Source: a virus. From it: a DNA stretch of 64,000 nt. Positions 26,401 through 35,243 of the stretch are shown here, one piece after another. Made by a program: the position numbers and the translations under genes. The notes beneath the pieces are model-generated. The model was not told the origin of the DNA. It saw only the letters and a program-made list of their open reading frames with translations, and did not search any database. The stretch lies in IMG/VR virus record IMGVR_UViG_3300043185_000079; one strand, given 5' to 3'. The first letter of the stretch is position 1. Each line of letters begins with the position of its first letter.

Positions 26401-28425
26401 TTTGGGTCGTTGCCTAGCGAGGAGCAGTCGAAGATCTACAAGCGGTGGAAAAGCAAGGCGCGGGAAGACAAGGCTCCACCAGAGGATGCCGAGAAATCCG
26501 AGAAAGGCAAGGAGGATGACGTCGAGCGTGAACTCGACGAGGCACGCGATCGGGTCGATTCTCTGGAGGATAAGGTTGATAAGGCCAAGGACCAGATCAA
26601 GGAATCGCGCGAAAACATCAAGGGGATCAAGAATCTGCTAGAGAAGGCTGGCGAGACGGCCCGAGGACAGCTCGAAGGAAAGCTGCGCGAGGAGGTCTCC
26701 AAGATGCGGAAGGCCGAGGACGCGCTGGAGGAAGTCACCGACGAATTGGAGGCGGCGCGCAAGCGTGTCGATCAGCTCAAGGCGGAGCGTAAGGCTCCCA
26801 CGAGCCGCGAAGACAAACGACGCGAGGATGAAGAGAAGCGCCGCAAGGAACGTGCCGAGGAGACTCTGGACGAGGTGCGCGATGCGGTGCGGGGGATGGT
26901 GTCGAAGGACTCCGACATCCCCGAGGACGTTCGGGCACAGATTGAGACCGCCTTCGCCAACTTGAGCGAGGAGCAAGTAGAGGATTTTTCCGAGGCATTC
27001 CAGAAGTCGTTGGGGAAGCTCGTCAGAACGGACGCTTCGTCCGAGGAGGCTGCGAACCTGGCCAACGCCTCGGTCCGCGCCGATCTGAGTGAGATTGAGG
27101 ATCCCGCAGAGCTGGCACGCACAGTTGCCGAAGTCGCGTACGCACGCAACGTGGTGACCAATCCTCTCGTCGTGGGTGGGAAGCCGCTCGGACAGACGAA
27201 GATGGACGATGCTGGCTACTCCGGTCGTGCTATGGAATCGTTCCGTCAGTTTCAGCGTCTCAGCCCTGCTCTCCGCGAGAGTGCGGCGGAAAAGATCGCG
27301 GAAGAGCTTCGCGGTCTCGACGAGGACTCCGATAAGGCACAAGAGCTACAGGCGATTCTCACAGGCATCAACACGGCTCATATCGCGGACACAGGCCACG
27401 CTTTGCCGGGTCGACCGCAGCCGAACAAAGGTGCCGCGGCTCTCATCCGTCGCATGGTGGAGAACGGTCAAGCCGAGACGATGTTCAAGCCGGTCGAGGA
27501 CTTCTTCGCCGACGACAGCCGCGCCGCGATGCAAAAGGCGCTCTCGGAAATGGACGACGCGGAGGTTGCTGACTTCGTGATCGGAGACGACGGGGATCAC
27601 CCATTCGGTAAGCTCCGCGAGGCCATGCAGGAGAAGGGCGCCAGTGAGTACAAGCAGCTCATCAAGGACTTCCTGATCCAAGATTTCATGAGTGACATCT
27701 GGGGTGATCGGGCCGTACGCGATTACATGGAGTCCGCTGGTTTCGCCGACTTCGATAATCCGGAGGCCAGGGCGCAGTTGCTTCGGGACACGAGGTACGC
27801 AACTGCACCCGAGGCAGACATGCAGGCGATCGCCAGGGCGCAGGCGGCGATCGCGGCCGGTCAGAAACCTGATCCAGAGGATGAGGAGCGTGCTCGAAAT
27901 TTCCTCGATCCAGAGACGGGGGGCGGGATCCGTGGGAAACTCCGCAAGCTCATGGAGATCTTGCAATCCAAGGTCAAGAAGCGTGTTGTCACCCCCGCGA
28001 CCGCGGTGATCAACCACTTCCTGGAGACGGGCGAGGCCGAGGTCCTCCACCAGGAGACCCTTCCACATCCTGACGAGGGCCGGGGCGGGGACACGGAGGC
28101 CAAGGAAGACGAGGGACACGGGTTGGGCGACGTGTGGAAAACTGACGAGGGGAACTGGCGCGCCAAGAATCTCGACGGAGTGCCCAAGACTTTCGATACG
28201 CGAGAGAAGGCCCAAGCATACGCCAAGGGCGGCAAGGACCGCAGGAAGCCATCGCGCGGCAGCGAGGCCCCTGGCGAGGAATTCTCGGCCGAGTTCACCG
28301 TGCCCGTCGAAGAACGAGGACCGACGAGGTTTGCCAACCATGTCGCGAACGCTTGGCTGGCCCAAGTGCGCAAATGCCACCCAGACGATCCGGGGCGTCC
28401 GCGAGTGGTTTTTGATACGGCTTGA
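23389..28425 (+). CDS. 1678-aa multi-enzyme polyprotein (ART-fold, Ntn-hydrolase, topoisomerase IB, Zn module, coiled coil)
   Basis: FHGT..GL..FFT..A..Y..IPPDEI; CIIV..KNRD..GVNEHG..TNH; RPGN..GKSG..KDIR..GHT..SQY. Confidence 0.85.
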   Translation: MGLFNIWKLSEVRGLPPKTGRGVAFHGTRSKNLDHLRRYGLVPGARSAYTDAYSKYDDGRHLFFTDNEDLARHYGDLILRFPWPSEAKPDVNEFGRYLPGQFVSLRKIPPDEIDVLREGTWEPLVGGLSKQACIIVGKDFDGHLCLLKNRDRSYDVKLQIMHMEFNGVEMAFVLDLETGYLEGVNEHGIGVVNTTLMVLHDEAEGHSTKTKGKTTLKSKDGPKIFHALIQDNLQDAVDVLVSFRGGIRGHTFVADGQTLLSIECTRKNPARVHHLDPGRVNTRTNHGVSYPEAGYTRGEDYVSSIVRRWEAQKRIQGVKRPEAAAPALATLIDEADSPFNPVRVTDKMRTTSQLLIDTSTPSLYLYLIPGHARVTKILNLLPGGRAPKIPVRVFRYRKRMEDRDFEDDGHEMKDEVADPGGDLLEKRTARYKDKKTVKTKDGDERVIYEYGPRQVLNRNKAKAERIENLRKQMSALRRKVKKDLESSDDQKRAVALAVALMDETYERPGNEASASEGHYGVTTWQNRHVKFRNGKATITYVGKSGVEHKKVVETPAVVKALKMLCKGRGKDDRLIDVEAADVNEFLRSFEITAKDIRGFHANREMKDRLKRIRREGPDLPRPLKDRDKILKEEFKQALAETAEAVGHTESTLRSQYLVPGLEDEYMKDGTVSDSHVKSGGAALLGAPGVQERPEGALRVAATRGTPTERRILANALLAPVLVVRDRRWWLDEAPSLYRLARDHERPRPVIDGLRFDPDLFAMLWYEDEDGNRLPEPPIGDLAIPEDSHTQHSRFPNVLRHTILLLNDDGTSSSLAAGESSFPSDLVTQMVRSGDWDTADAIMVAGQACERCLNVLLHHYGIGDGYPFGSEDYWRANTVCSMCEDIGRRMATKSPAEKEDENVEKMLRPEPKKKPPRYDLRNNRTLEDRDEDLEGMGAGDRGDRDLSLKWNKVAHRVAFRWLAVPLAPAPLRVAMRRIARQFPSEFQDEVAHQRFTHPETRNSVGFGSLPSEEQSKIYKRWKSKAREDKAPPEDAEKSEKGKEDDVERELDEARDRVDSLEDKVDKAKDQIKESRENIKGIKNLLEKAGETARGQLEGKLREEVSKMRKAEDALEEVTDELEAARKRVDQLKAERKAPTSREDKRREDEEKRRKERAEETLDEVRDAVRGMVSKDSDIPEDVRAQIETAFANLSEEQVEDFSEAFQKSLGKLVRTDASSEEAANLANASVRADLSEIEDPAELARTVAEVAYARNVVTNPLVVGGKPLGQTKMDDAGYSGRAMESFRQFQRLSPALRESAAEKIAEELRGLDEDSDKAQELQAILTGINTAHIADTGHALPGRPQPNKGAAALIRRMVENGQAETMFKPVEDFFADDSRAAMQKALSEMDDAEVADFVIGDDGDHPFGKLREAMQEKGASEYKQLIKDFLIQDFMSDIWGDRAVRDYMESAGFADFDNPEARAQLLRDTRYATAPEADMQAIARAQAAIAAGQKPDPEDEERARNFLDPETGGGIRGKLRKLMEILQSKVKKRVVTPATAVINHFLETGEAEVLHQETLPHPDEGRGGDTEAKEDEGHGLGDVWKTDEGNWRAKNLDGVPKTFDTREKAQAYAKGGKDRRKPSRGSEAPGEEFSAEFTVPVEERGPTRFANHVANAWLAQVRKCHPDDPGRPRVVFDTA
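23785..24600 (+). other. Ntn-hydrolase domain (C45/C59-like) starting at Cys133
   Basis: KQA|CIIVG..KNRD, EGVNEHGIGVVN, RTNHG. Confidence 0.7.
24676..25420 (+). other. type IB DNA topoisomerase domain
   Basis: Catalytic pentad R (RPGN), K (GKSG), R (KDIR), H (GHT), Y (SQY) is intact. Confidence 0.85.
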
Positions 28426-28647
28426 GGGAGGGCAAACGTCCCTCGCGACGCTGTAAACCGATTTCTTGTCCTGTCTCGGGGGGTTTTCAATCCCTTCAAA
28501 GGCCGTCAGCGAGGAATCAGCACGCGGTTGCGGTAGGCCATCGATCCCAAAGGGGTGGTGAAGGTGGGTTTGTGTTCCTCGCGGAGGGCATTGAGATCTC
28601 GTGGGGATCTCGGGGGTGTTTTTCAGACCCGAAAACCCACGTTAGGT

Positions 28648-28662
28648 CGGTTTTCCCCTTAT
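28648..28662 (+). promoter_or_regulatory. CGGT-N8-TAT motif
   Basis: CGGTTTTCCCCTTAT upstream of the head-morphogenesis operon. Confidence 0.6.
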
Positions 28663-28740
28663 ATGGGGCGCGAATAAGCGAAGGGCTCTGCCCTCCCGTC
28701 CCGAGGACGTTGAAGCCCGCCCGCCAGGAGAACCAATCCA

Positions 28741-29217
28741 ATGTCATCCAAACCGATCACGAAGGAAGCGGCCCTCAAGGTGTCCCGCCTCCTGGACCAA
28801 GCAGCCACCACGTTCCAGAAGCACCACGTTGCTCTCGGGATCAAGCCGAAGATCGCGAATGACTTCGCACTTCGGTGTGACATCCTCTCCGACCACGTGG
28901 AGAAGCAGGCGGGCATCGACCGTCGCGCGCAGATGGATCCCAAGGAAAACTACACCGAGGATGCTCTGGGCCCGGATGACTTCGACCCAGCCGAGATCGG
29001 CGAGCAGACTCCCGGCGCGCTGCTGCGGAACGAGGACGAGCCCTACATGGACACGTTCAACCAGCAGTGGTTCGATCAGCTTCGCGAAGTTCAACAGACG
29101 GGTCAGTTCTCCAACGCGAAGACCGCCGCGCAGCTCATCAAGCACATGGCCGGCCTCCTCCACGCTCACGGCATCCCTCTCGTCGTCCGCAGGAAGAAGA
29201 GCCCGAAGGTCGCCTGA
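28741..29217 (+). CDS. putative head/core protein with KQA/RRA/KTA motifs
   Basis: AGGAG RBS; VEKQAG, DRRAQ, AKTAA. Confidence 0.65.
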   Translation: MSSKPITKEAALKVSRLLDQAATTFQKHHVALGIKPKIANDFALRCDILSDHVEKQAGIDRRAQMDPKENYTEDALGPDDFDPAEIGEQTPGALLRNEDEPYMDTFNQQWFDQLREVQQTGQFSNAKTAAQLIKHMAGLLHAHGIPLVVRRKKSPKVA

Positions 29218-29274
29218 AGATCGCGACGGTCTGGACTTCCTGACCGTCGTCGTGACGCGCCGACGCGACTCGCT

Positions 29275-29904
29275 ATGAAACGTACAGCAGACGCAGGAAA
29301 CTGGCAGGCCCGCGGACAAGAGTTCGCGGTGGGGCAAGCTGTGCGTCTCGTCAATGGCAGCCCAACCGACGAGGGTCGCGTCACCGCTGTCTGGCCTGGA
29401 ATCGGATGCGTCGATGTGCAGTGGCCACACACGTCGTATCGCCACTTGGTTGAGGATCTCCAGATTGTCAACCCGGGCGAGGACGAGTTCGTCGCGCCCA
29501 TGCACGAGGACGTGCCGGGAGGGCCCCCGTCCTCGGCGTGGGTCTCGCAAGGGGCCCCTCAGACGAACGAGATCACGCACGAGGACCCACGAGTCGAGTT
29601 CGTCCACGACATCGCGGGCAAAGTGGCATCTCAACCGTCTGCGCAGCGGGTGGCGATCGCGTTCGTGAAGCATTCTCTTTACTGGCACGCTCGGGACCGG
29701 AAGTACCGCGTCAGCCGGGACGAACACGCAGAGGGCCGGTATAGATGCCCCACCCGTGGGTGCGAACAGATGTTGCGCCGTGCAACCTACAAGATGGAGA
29801 ACGGATCTCCGATCAAGCTGCTCGCCTGCGGCTCGTGCTTGTTCATGATCCGCGAGCATGACGTACTCTCTGACCACTGCACTCCACATGAGGAGACCTG
29901 CTAG
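29275..29904 (+). CDS. hypothetical protein with RVA motif and C-terminal zinc ribbon
   Basis: MKRTA; GKVASQPSAQRVAIAF; CPTRGC..CGSC. Confidence 0.65.
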   Translation: MKRTADAGNWQARGQEFAVGQAVRLVNGSPTDEGRVTAVWPGIGCVDVQWPHTSYRHLVEDLQIVNPGEDEFVAPMHEDVPGGPPSSAWVSQGAPQTNEITHEDPRVEFVHDIAGKVASQPSAQRVAIAFVKHSLYWHARDRKYRVSRDEHAEGRYRCPTRGCEQMLRRATYKMENGSPIKLLACGSCLFMIREHDVLSDHCTPHEETC

Positions 29905-29905
29905 C

Positions 29906-32884
29906 GTGGCGTTCCTCAAGCGAGCCAGCGGGGTCGTCGTTCATCGGGGGTGGTCTCCAGAGAACTGGGGCAACTTCGTCGGCCAGAACAAGGAGCGACT
30001 CGCGAATGGGCCGTACCGAACGGCCGCCGGGGCGCTGAACTTGGTCGCGCAGGCGAGCGAGATCCTCGGCGAAGAGTTCGATCCGAAGAACTTCCTCCTG
30101 ACGCACGCGACGATCGTGGCCTCGGTCGACACGGAGGAGGCCGGGAACGTCAAGCTCGGGTCCGTCGTCGAGGACGGACGCAAGATCCTGCGCAAGTTTG
30201 GCGACTACAGGATCACGCCCGACACCGAGCAGTGGATCAACAACAACCACGACAGCTGGTCTCGCGGGGTCCTGCTCAAGAGCTACCGGACGTTCGTCGG
30301 TGCCCACAACTTCCTCGAGCACTGCCAGCTCGAGCACCTGTCGAAGGGTCGAATCGTCGACGCCGTCGCCCGCGACATCGGACCGTCGATCTACGTCGAC
30401 ATCCTCGTCGCCACCAACCGCAAGCACGCGAGCCTCATCCAGGACATCGAGAACGGCCGGATGGGCACGCTGTCCATGGGGTGCACTTGCGTGCACACGA
30501 CCTGCACGAAGTGCGGGAACGTGGGCCATGATGAGACTGAGCTTTGCTTCCCTCCCGGCACTCGTGTACTGCTTGCCGAAGGCAAGTACCGTCCCATTGA
30601 GGAGATCGTCGAAGGCGATTTCGTGCTCTCTCACACGGGTAGGCGTCGTGCTGTTGTTAGGACCATGCGCCGTGAGTACGAGGGCAACTTGGTGGTCCTC
30701 GACGTAGAGGGCGTTCCGGTCTCGGTGAAGGCAACGCCCAAGCATCCGTTTTGGACGCTGCGACCAGCACAGATCTGTGCTTGCGGCTGCGGTCAACCCC
30801 TTCGACGGACCGTCGAGCACGAACGGGGATCCGCCAAGGCATTCAAGCGTCGATTTTTGCCACACCATGCCGGCTCTCTACACAACGTAGTATCGATGGA
30901 CGCGTACCAGCGCATCTTCGATACCGAGATGGAGTTCGTCGAGGCACAGGATCTCCGTCGAGGAGATTACTTGGCCTTCCCGATTCCGCGCGACGTCGAG
31001 AACAGCGCGGATGCCACAGTCAACCGGGCTCGTTTGATCGGGTTCTTTCTGGCCGAAGGCAGTTTCATTAAGCGAGACGGCAGGAGGGTCGGCATCGCCT
31101 TTTCGTTTGGGTACCACGAGTACGACACCCTTGCGGCCGAGGTCCAGAGGCTTCTGAACCTTGAGTTTGGACGAGACGAGCGTCGGCAAGATTGTCTTGA
31201 CTGGCAGGATTTGGTTGCTCGCAATCACACGCGGGCAATCAAAAGGCGCGCCAACAGCCGCGCCGTCCCTCCAGAGGTGACGTGTCCGACATGTGCTGCG
31301 CCCTCGCAGTACGCCTACAATGCCCGTTTCAAGGCGGGGCACGACGACTGTTATCAGTGCAAGGTATGTGGGCGCTCGTGGATCCACCAAGCGGACAGAT
31401 CCCTTCACGCCACACGATACAAGTGTCCGATTGACAGACCTGAGACTGGGTCCGTCGAAGTCCGGCTCATGGACGAAGAGGCGGCGGATTTTTTCTACAG
31501 CTACTGCGGCGAATACGCGAACGAGAAGGCGCTGGATCCATCGGTCCTGCGTTGGGCTCCTGATGTCCAGAGACACGTTTTGTTCGGGTGGCTCGGAGGA
31601 GATGGGACCCAGAGTGTGGTTGGTATCCGAGGCAACACGGCTTCCTTCCATCTCCAGAATCAGATGCACATTCTCGCCGCGCGGTGCGGTCTGTATGCCT
31701 ACAGAACGGTCGTGTTCGACGGGAGATCAGGGACCATCGATCAAGTGGTGAACGGTGACGGCTCTGTCACGGCGCGAGATTGCAGAGGCTGGCTTCCGAG
31801 CTTTGGTCTCGTGCTATCTGAGCCGAAGGGGTTCAATGGCGAGGTCCGGTTTTCCGATCGGGAGCCGCGGACCACCCTCACCGAGATGACAGATAGTTAC
31901 AAGCGCGTTGGGGACTGGTTCGTCTATCGGATCCGAGATGTTGGCCGCGAGTCGTACTGCGGAACGGTCCACAATCTGGAAATCTCTGAAGACAACTCCT
32001 ACGTGGTGGACGGCCTAGCTGTTCACAACTGTAATCATGTGCGCTACGAGAAGGGCAACGCGTTCTACGACCAGAACGGAGTCCGCAGGAAGGTCGCCGA
32101 GCTGTGTGGCCACGCCAGCGAGGACCCGACCGGCGGGGTGAACTTCATCGAGGCGAGCTGGGTCGCCGTGCCGGCCTTCGCCGGCGCCGTGATGCGGAAC
32201 ATCTTGCAGCCGGAGGCCGTGAACGTCGCCACGAACGAGCAGGTGCGTAAGGTTCTTGCGTCACCGCCCCCCGAGTGGACTGATACTGATGACCACATAC
32301 AGAAGGCAGCTTCAACGGAAGTTGCCAAAGTGGTGACTCCAGCGCGGCAGCCGAGGACCCAGGTCCACGTTGCTCAGTTCGGTCCGTCCGAGGATGAAAG
32401 CAGCGACGACGCTGCGACCGAGAGTACCGACTCTCTTACCGCGTTGGAGGACGAGATCGAGAAGTATCTTCTCGACAAGGTCAAGAAGCGCATCAAGGAC
32501 AAGCTGAAGGCCGACGTCCAGGAGGAGGCGGCCTCTGAGGGTGAGCTGGCGACGTCTACGGGAGACTCCGTGGTCCACCAAGCCGCTCTTCGCATGGCGT
32601 TCGGCACGGACACGCTCCTGCGAATTGCTGGTTCTGACGTCGAGCTGGTCGACGGGCTCGCACGTCTCGCCGCCTCGCTCGGCATCAAAGTTTCGAGGGA
32701 TCTCTATCGCACAGCACTCCGAGTGGGGCCCGCTCGGAGCCAGGAGTCCCTCGATGGGTACCTCTCCCGTTGTGGAGAAGTACTCGGTCGTCATCCGACG
32801 ACAGGAGAAGCCAAGACCCTTGTACGTCTTGGGCGGATCCTTTCGATGCGGGCCCGCCGCTCCTCCGCACGGGGCGGAGATTGA
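29906..32884 (+). CDS. prohead (capsid maturation) protease with intein
   Basis: NFLEH, KGRIVDA, LSMGC and FIEASWVAVPAF HK97/herpes-type protease motifs; position upstream of scaffold and MCP. Confidence 0.8.
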   Translation: MAFLKRASGVVVHRGWSPENWGNFVGQNKERLANGPYRTAAGALNLVAQASEILGEEFDPKNFLLTHATIVASVDTEEAGNVKLGSVVEDGRKILRKFGDYRITPDTEQWINNNHDSWSRGVLLKSYRTFVGAHNFLEHCQLEHLSKGRIVDAVARDIGPSIYVDILVATNRKHASLIQDIENGRMGTLSMGCTCVHTTCTKCGNVGHDETELCFPPGTRVLLAEGKYRPIEEIVEGDFVLSHTGRRRAVVRTMRREYEGNLVVLDVEGVPVSVKATPKHPFWTLRPAQICACGCGQPLRRTVEHERGSAKAFKRRFLPHHAGSLHNVVSMDAYQRIFDTEMEFVEAQDLRRGDYLAFPIPRDVENSADATVNRARLIGFFLAEGSFIKRDGRRVGIAFSFGYHEYDTLAAEVQRLLNLEFGRDERRQDCLDWQDLVARNHTRAIKRRANSRAVPPEVTCPTCAAPSQYAYNARFKAGHDDCYQCKVCGRSWIHQADRSLHATRYKCPIDRPETGSVEVRLMDEEAADFFYSYCGEYANEKALDPSVLRWAPDVQRHVLFGWLGGDGTQSVVGIRGNTASFHLQNQMHILAARCGLYAYRTVVFDGRSGTIDQVVNGDGSVTARDCRGWLPSFGLVLSEPKGFNGEVRFSDREPRTTLTEMTDSYKRVGDWFVYRIRDVGRESYCGTVHNLEISEDNSYVVDGLAVHNCNHVRYEKGNAFYDQNGVRRKVAELCGHASEDPTGGVNFIEASWVAVPAFAGAVMRNILQPEAVNVATNEQVRKVLASPPPEWTDTDDHIQKAASTEVAKVVTPARQPRTQVHVAQFGPSEDESSDDAATESTDSLTALEDEIEKYLLDKVKKRIKDKLKADVQEEAASEGELATSTGDSVVHQAALRMAFGTDTLLRIAGSDVELVDGLARLAASLGIKVSRDLYRTALRVGPARSQESLDGYLSRCGEVLGRHPTTGEAKTLVRLGRILSMRARRSSARGGD
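30545..32029 (+). mobile_element. intein (495 aa) with LAGLIDADG homing endonuclease
   Basis: Starts CFPPGTRV; block B TPKHPF; LIGFFLAEG and LFGWLGGDG; ends VHN followed by Cys+1. Confidence 0.92.
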
Positions 32885-32931
32885 ACGGAATACCCACCCA
32901 AGCACGTCAAGGACTCAAAGGAGAACTCATC

Positions 32932-34365
32932 ATGTCGTCACGCACGCGACTCACCTGGACCAAGGGAGGCACACAGAAGAAGGCTTCGCCCCCACCGCAA
33001 ATGCCCGCTGTCGATCGTACGGAGGGGCCCGATCATCCGGCCTATTACCCCGATCCCGAGGCGGACCAGTACGAGAAGGGGGACACCTCTGCATGGGCCG
33101 AGGACCCGCACATTCCGACGGACCCTGAAAGTCCGCCGCCCGCGATGCCCGGCAACCTCACCACCGAGCCGTTGGATCACCCGGCGACATCGGATTTTCA
33201 GAAGAAGCCTGAGAGTCCCGCGGCCGCGGCCGGTGGCGGGGCGGGCAAGGCTGCTGCCTCGCGGATGACCCTCAGAGAACAGGCTGAGCAACGTGCCACG
33301 CTGTGTGTCCGCATCGCCAGCGCTATGCTGAAGAACGCCTCCGTGCGCGAGATCGAGGACAAGGCATTCCAGCTGATGGATCTCGATGACGCGCAACTCC
33401 GCGCGACCCTCGCCACACTCAAGTTGGTCGCTGGCGAGGAAGGAGACAAGGAATTCGAGGAGGGCGAGGAGTCCGAAGGCACCAAGGACTCCGACGAAGG
33501 CAAGACGGCCACCCTCGATGTCACCGCTCGTGTCGATCGACTGGAGCAGTCGGTCGGTCGTCTCATCCAGGCCATGAGCCACTTCTTTGGCATGGATGAC
33601 GAGCCCCAGGAGACAACAGCGGGAGAGGACATGAGCGACGACGACCTCATGGCCTACCTCATGGCCGAGGACACGGACGGCGACGGCATCGACCAGTCAC
33701 AGAACGACTTCCCGCAAGGCTACGACATCGACAAGCTCTCCCAGGGCGACGAGGAGGAGATGCTCCGCGCCATGCTCGAGGAGATGGAAGTCGAGGAAAA
33801 GATGGCGAGTCACGCCGAAGATGTCGTCGATCCCCTCGCCAAGGGCCCCTCCATCCAGAGCGGTGAGGGCGGCAATGTCGATCCCGCGCCGGAACCCGAG
33901 ACCCCGCAGGTCGCGGGTCCGCAGACGGGCGGCACCGCCGTCACGGCCACCGAACAGGCCAACCCCGCCGACAACGACATCGAGATCACCGCAGGCGCCG
34001 ATCCGATGGGTCTCATGGAGACCGAGAAGGAAGCCAGCGACGATCTGATGGCCCTCTACGCCGACATCGATCTGCCCAAGACGGCCGGTGAAGAAGACGA
34101 GGAGGAAGACGAGGAGGAAGACGAGGAGGAGGAAGAAGACGAGGAGGAAGTCGAGGAGGAGGACAAGGCGGCCGCGAAGAAGAATGCGGCAGCGAAAAAG
34201 GACGAGCCCAAGCTGCGTCCGCAGCCCAAGGCTGCCTCCAAGGGCCCCAAGACCCTCGGCAACGTCCCGCAGACCAAGACTGCCAGCAGCGAGATCGCGG
34301 AACTCCAGAAGCTCTGGGAAACCGCACCCGACGTCTCCGAGTACTTCGGAGTTCCACGGAGCTGA
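32932..34365 (+). CDS. acidic capsid scaffold protein
   Basis: AAGGAG RBS; very acidic and low-complexity; lies between protease and capsid genes; many K-x-A sites. Confidence 0.65.
   Translation: MSSRTRLTWTKGGTQKKASPPPQMPAVDRTEGPDHPAYYPDPEADQYEKGDTSAWAEDPHIPTDPESPPPAMPGNLTTEPLDHPATSDFQKKPESPAAAAGGGAGKAAASRMTLREQAEQRATLCVRIASAMLKNASVREIEDKAFQLMDLDDAQLRATLATLKLVAGEEGDKEFEEGEESEGTKDSDEGKTATLDVTARVDRLEQSVGRLIQAMSHFFGMDDEPQETTAGEDMSDDDLMAYLMAEDTDGDGIDQSQNDFPQGYDIDKLSQGDEEEMLRAMLEEMEVEEKMASHAEDVVDPLAKGPSIQSGEGGNVDPAPEPETPQVAGPQTGGTAVTATEQANPADNDIEITAGADPMGLMETEKEASDDLMALYADIDLPKTAGEEDEEEDEEEDEEEEEDEEEVEEEDKAAAKKNAAAKKDEPKLRPQPKAASKGPKTLGNVPQTKTASSEIAELQKLWETAPDVSEYFGVPRS
34093..34164 (+). repeat. 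GAAGACGAGGAG tandem repeat (poly-E/D tract)
   Basis: Three exact 12-bp units followed by degenerate copies. Confidence 0.8.
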
Positions 34366-34378
34366 ACCACTCTCCTCC

Positions 34379-34421
34379 AGGAGAGCGCGGACTTTAGTTC
34401 GTCTATAGCTCGCGCTCTCCT
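34379..34421 (+). promoter_or_regulatory. 11-bp inverted repeat upstream of the capsid genes
   Basis: AGGAGAGCGCG ... CGCGCTCTCCT; the loop contains CTTTAGTTCGTCTAT. Confidence 0.5.
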
Positions 34422-34552
34422 CGGTAAAACGTAAATACCAGGGAACATAGATGTGACCCAAGGGATCGGAAGCGGAAACCGAACAGAGTTCACGGTGAAC
34501 TCGACCGCCCCGATCACCACCTCACGAAGTCTGTAAACAAGGAGCAAACGAC

Positions 34553-35218
34553 ATGCCGTTGCTTGGACAGGCGAGTGGTGGGTGGACGGAGTCAAGCGCA
34601 GCCCTGCGTATTCTCAACGTGGGGATCAGGAACGCCGTCGGCGTTCTCACTGCGGATGGCTTCACCCAAACCAACCCGCCGATCGTCACCACCGCAGGCA
34701 CGATTTCCACGCAGGTCAACACCGGGGTTCTCGGTGTTCTGAGCGGAAGCGTCGCTTTCACCCGACCCGACCAGGGGTCGAACTTCATCGGAGGTCCGGT
34801 CGAACCGGGTGCCCCCGACAACATCCTCGTGCGTCCGCTCGGCGTGTTCGTGAACACGGCGGTCGGCAACGCGTTCGAGAACCAGCCGGGACCTGCCTCG
34901 GGCAAGAACACCTACGTCAGCGCACAGGGGACCTACGGGAACCAACTGTTCGAGACGCAGGCGCTCGCGGCCTCAGGCGCTATCGCAGCCGGCGATGACC
35001 TGATCTACACCACTGGCCAGGAGTTGATCGCGTCCCGCAACGGGTACCTGATCATGCGTACCACCACGCAGACCGGTGTGGCGATCTCGCTCGACATCGC
35101 CGCCATCGCAGCAGACGTCGCCAACGGGGCGGTTGCTGGAACATCAACCCTCATCGGCATCCTGAAGATGCCCCCGGACTCGGAGCAGTTCGAGCTGGTC
35201 TACGACCAGCGCATCTGA
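34553..35218 (+). CDS. head decoration/cement protein
   Basis: RPLGVFVN..ASGKNTYV..G pattern; immediately upstream of MCP; strong RBS. Confidence 0.6.
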   Translation: MPLLGQASGGWTESSAALRILNVGIRNAVGVLTADGFTQTNPPIVTTAGTISTQVNTGVLGVLSGSVAFTRPDQGSNFIGGPVEPGAPDNILVRPLGVFVNTAVGNAFENQPGPASGKNTYVSAQGTYGNQLFETQALAASGAIAAGDDLIYTTGQELIASRNGYLIMRTTTQTGVAISLDIAAIAADVANGAVAGTSTLIGILKMPPDSEQFELVYDQRI

Positions 35219-35243
35219 TCCAATCAGAAAGGGAGCAAAGACG

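Noticed and set aside
34093-34164. Tandem repeat as CRISPR or a contingency locus
   Set aside because: It is an in-frame 12-bp unit encoding an acidic tract with no spacers; no CRISPR array was seen anywhere in the window
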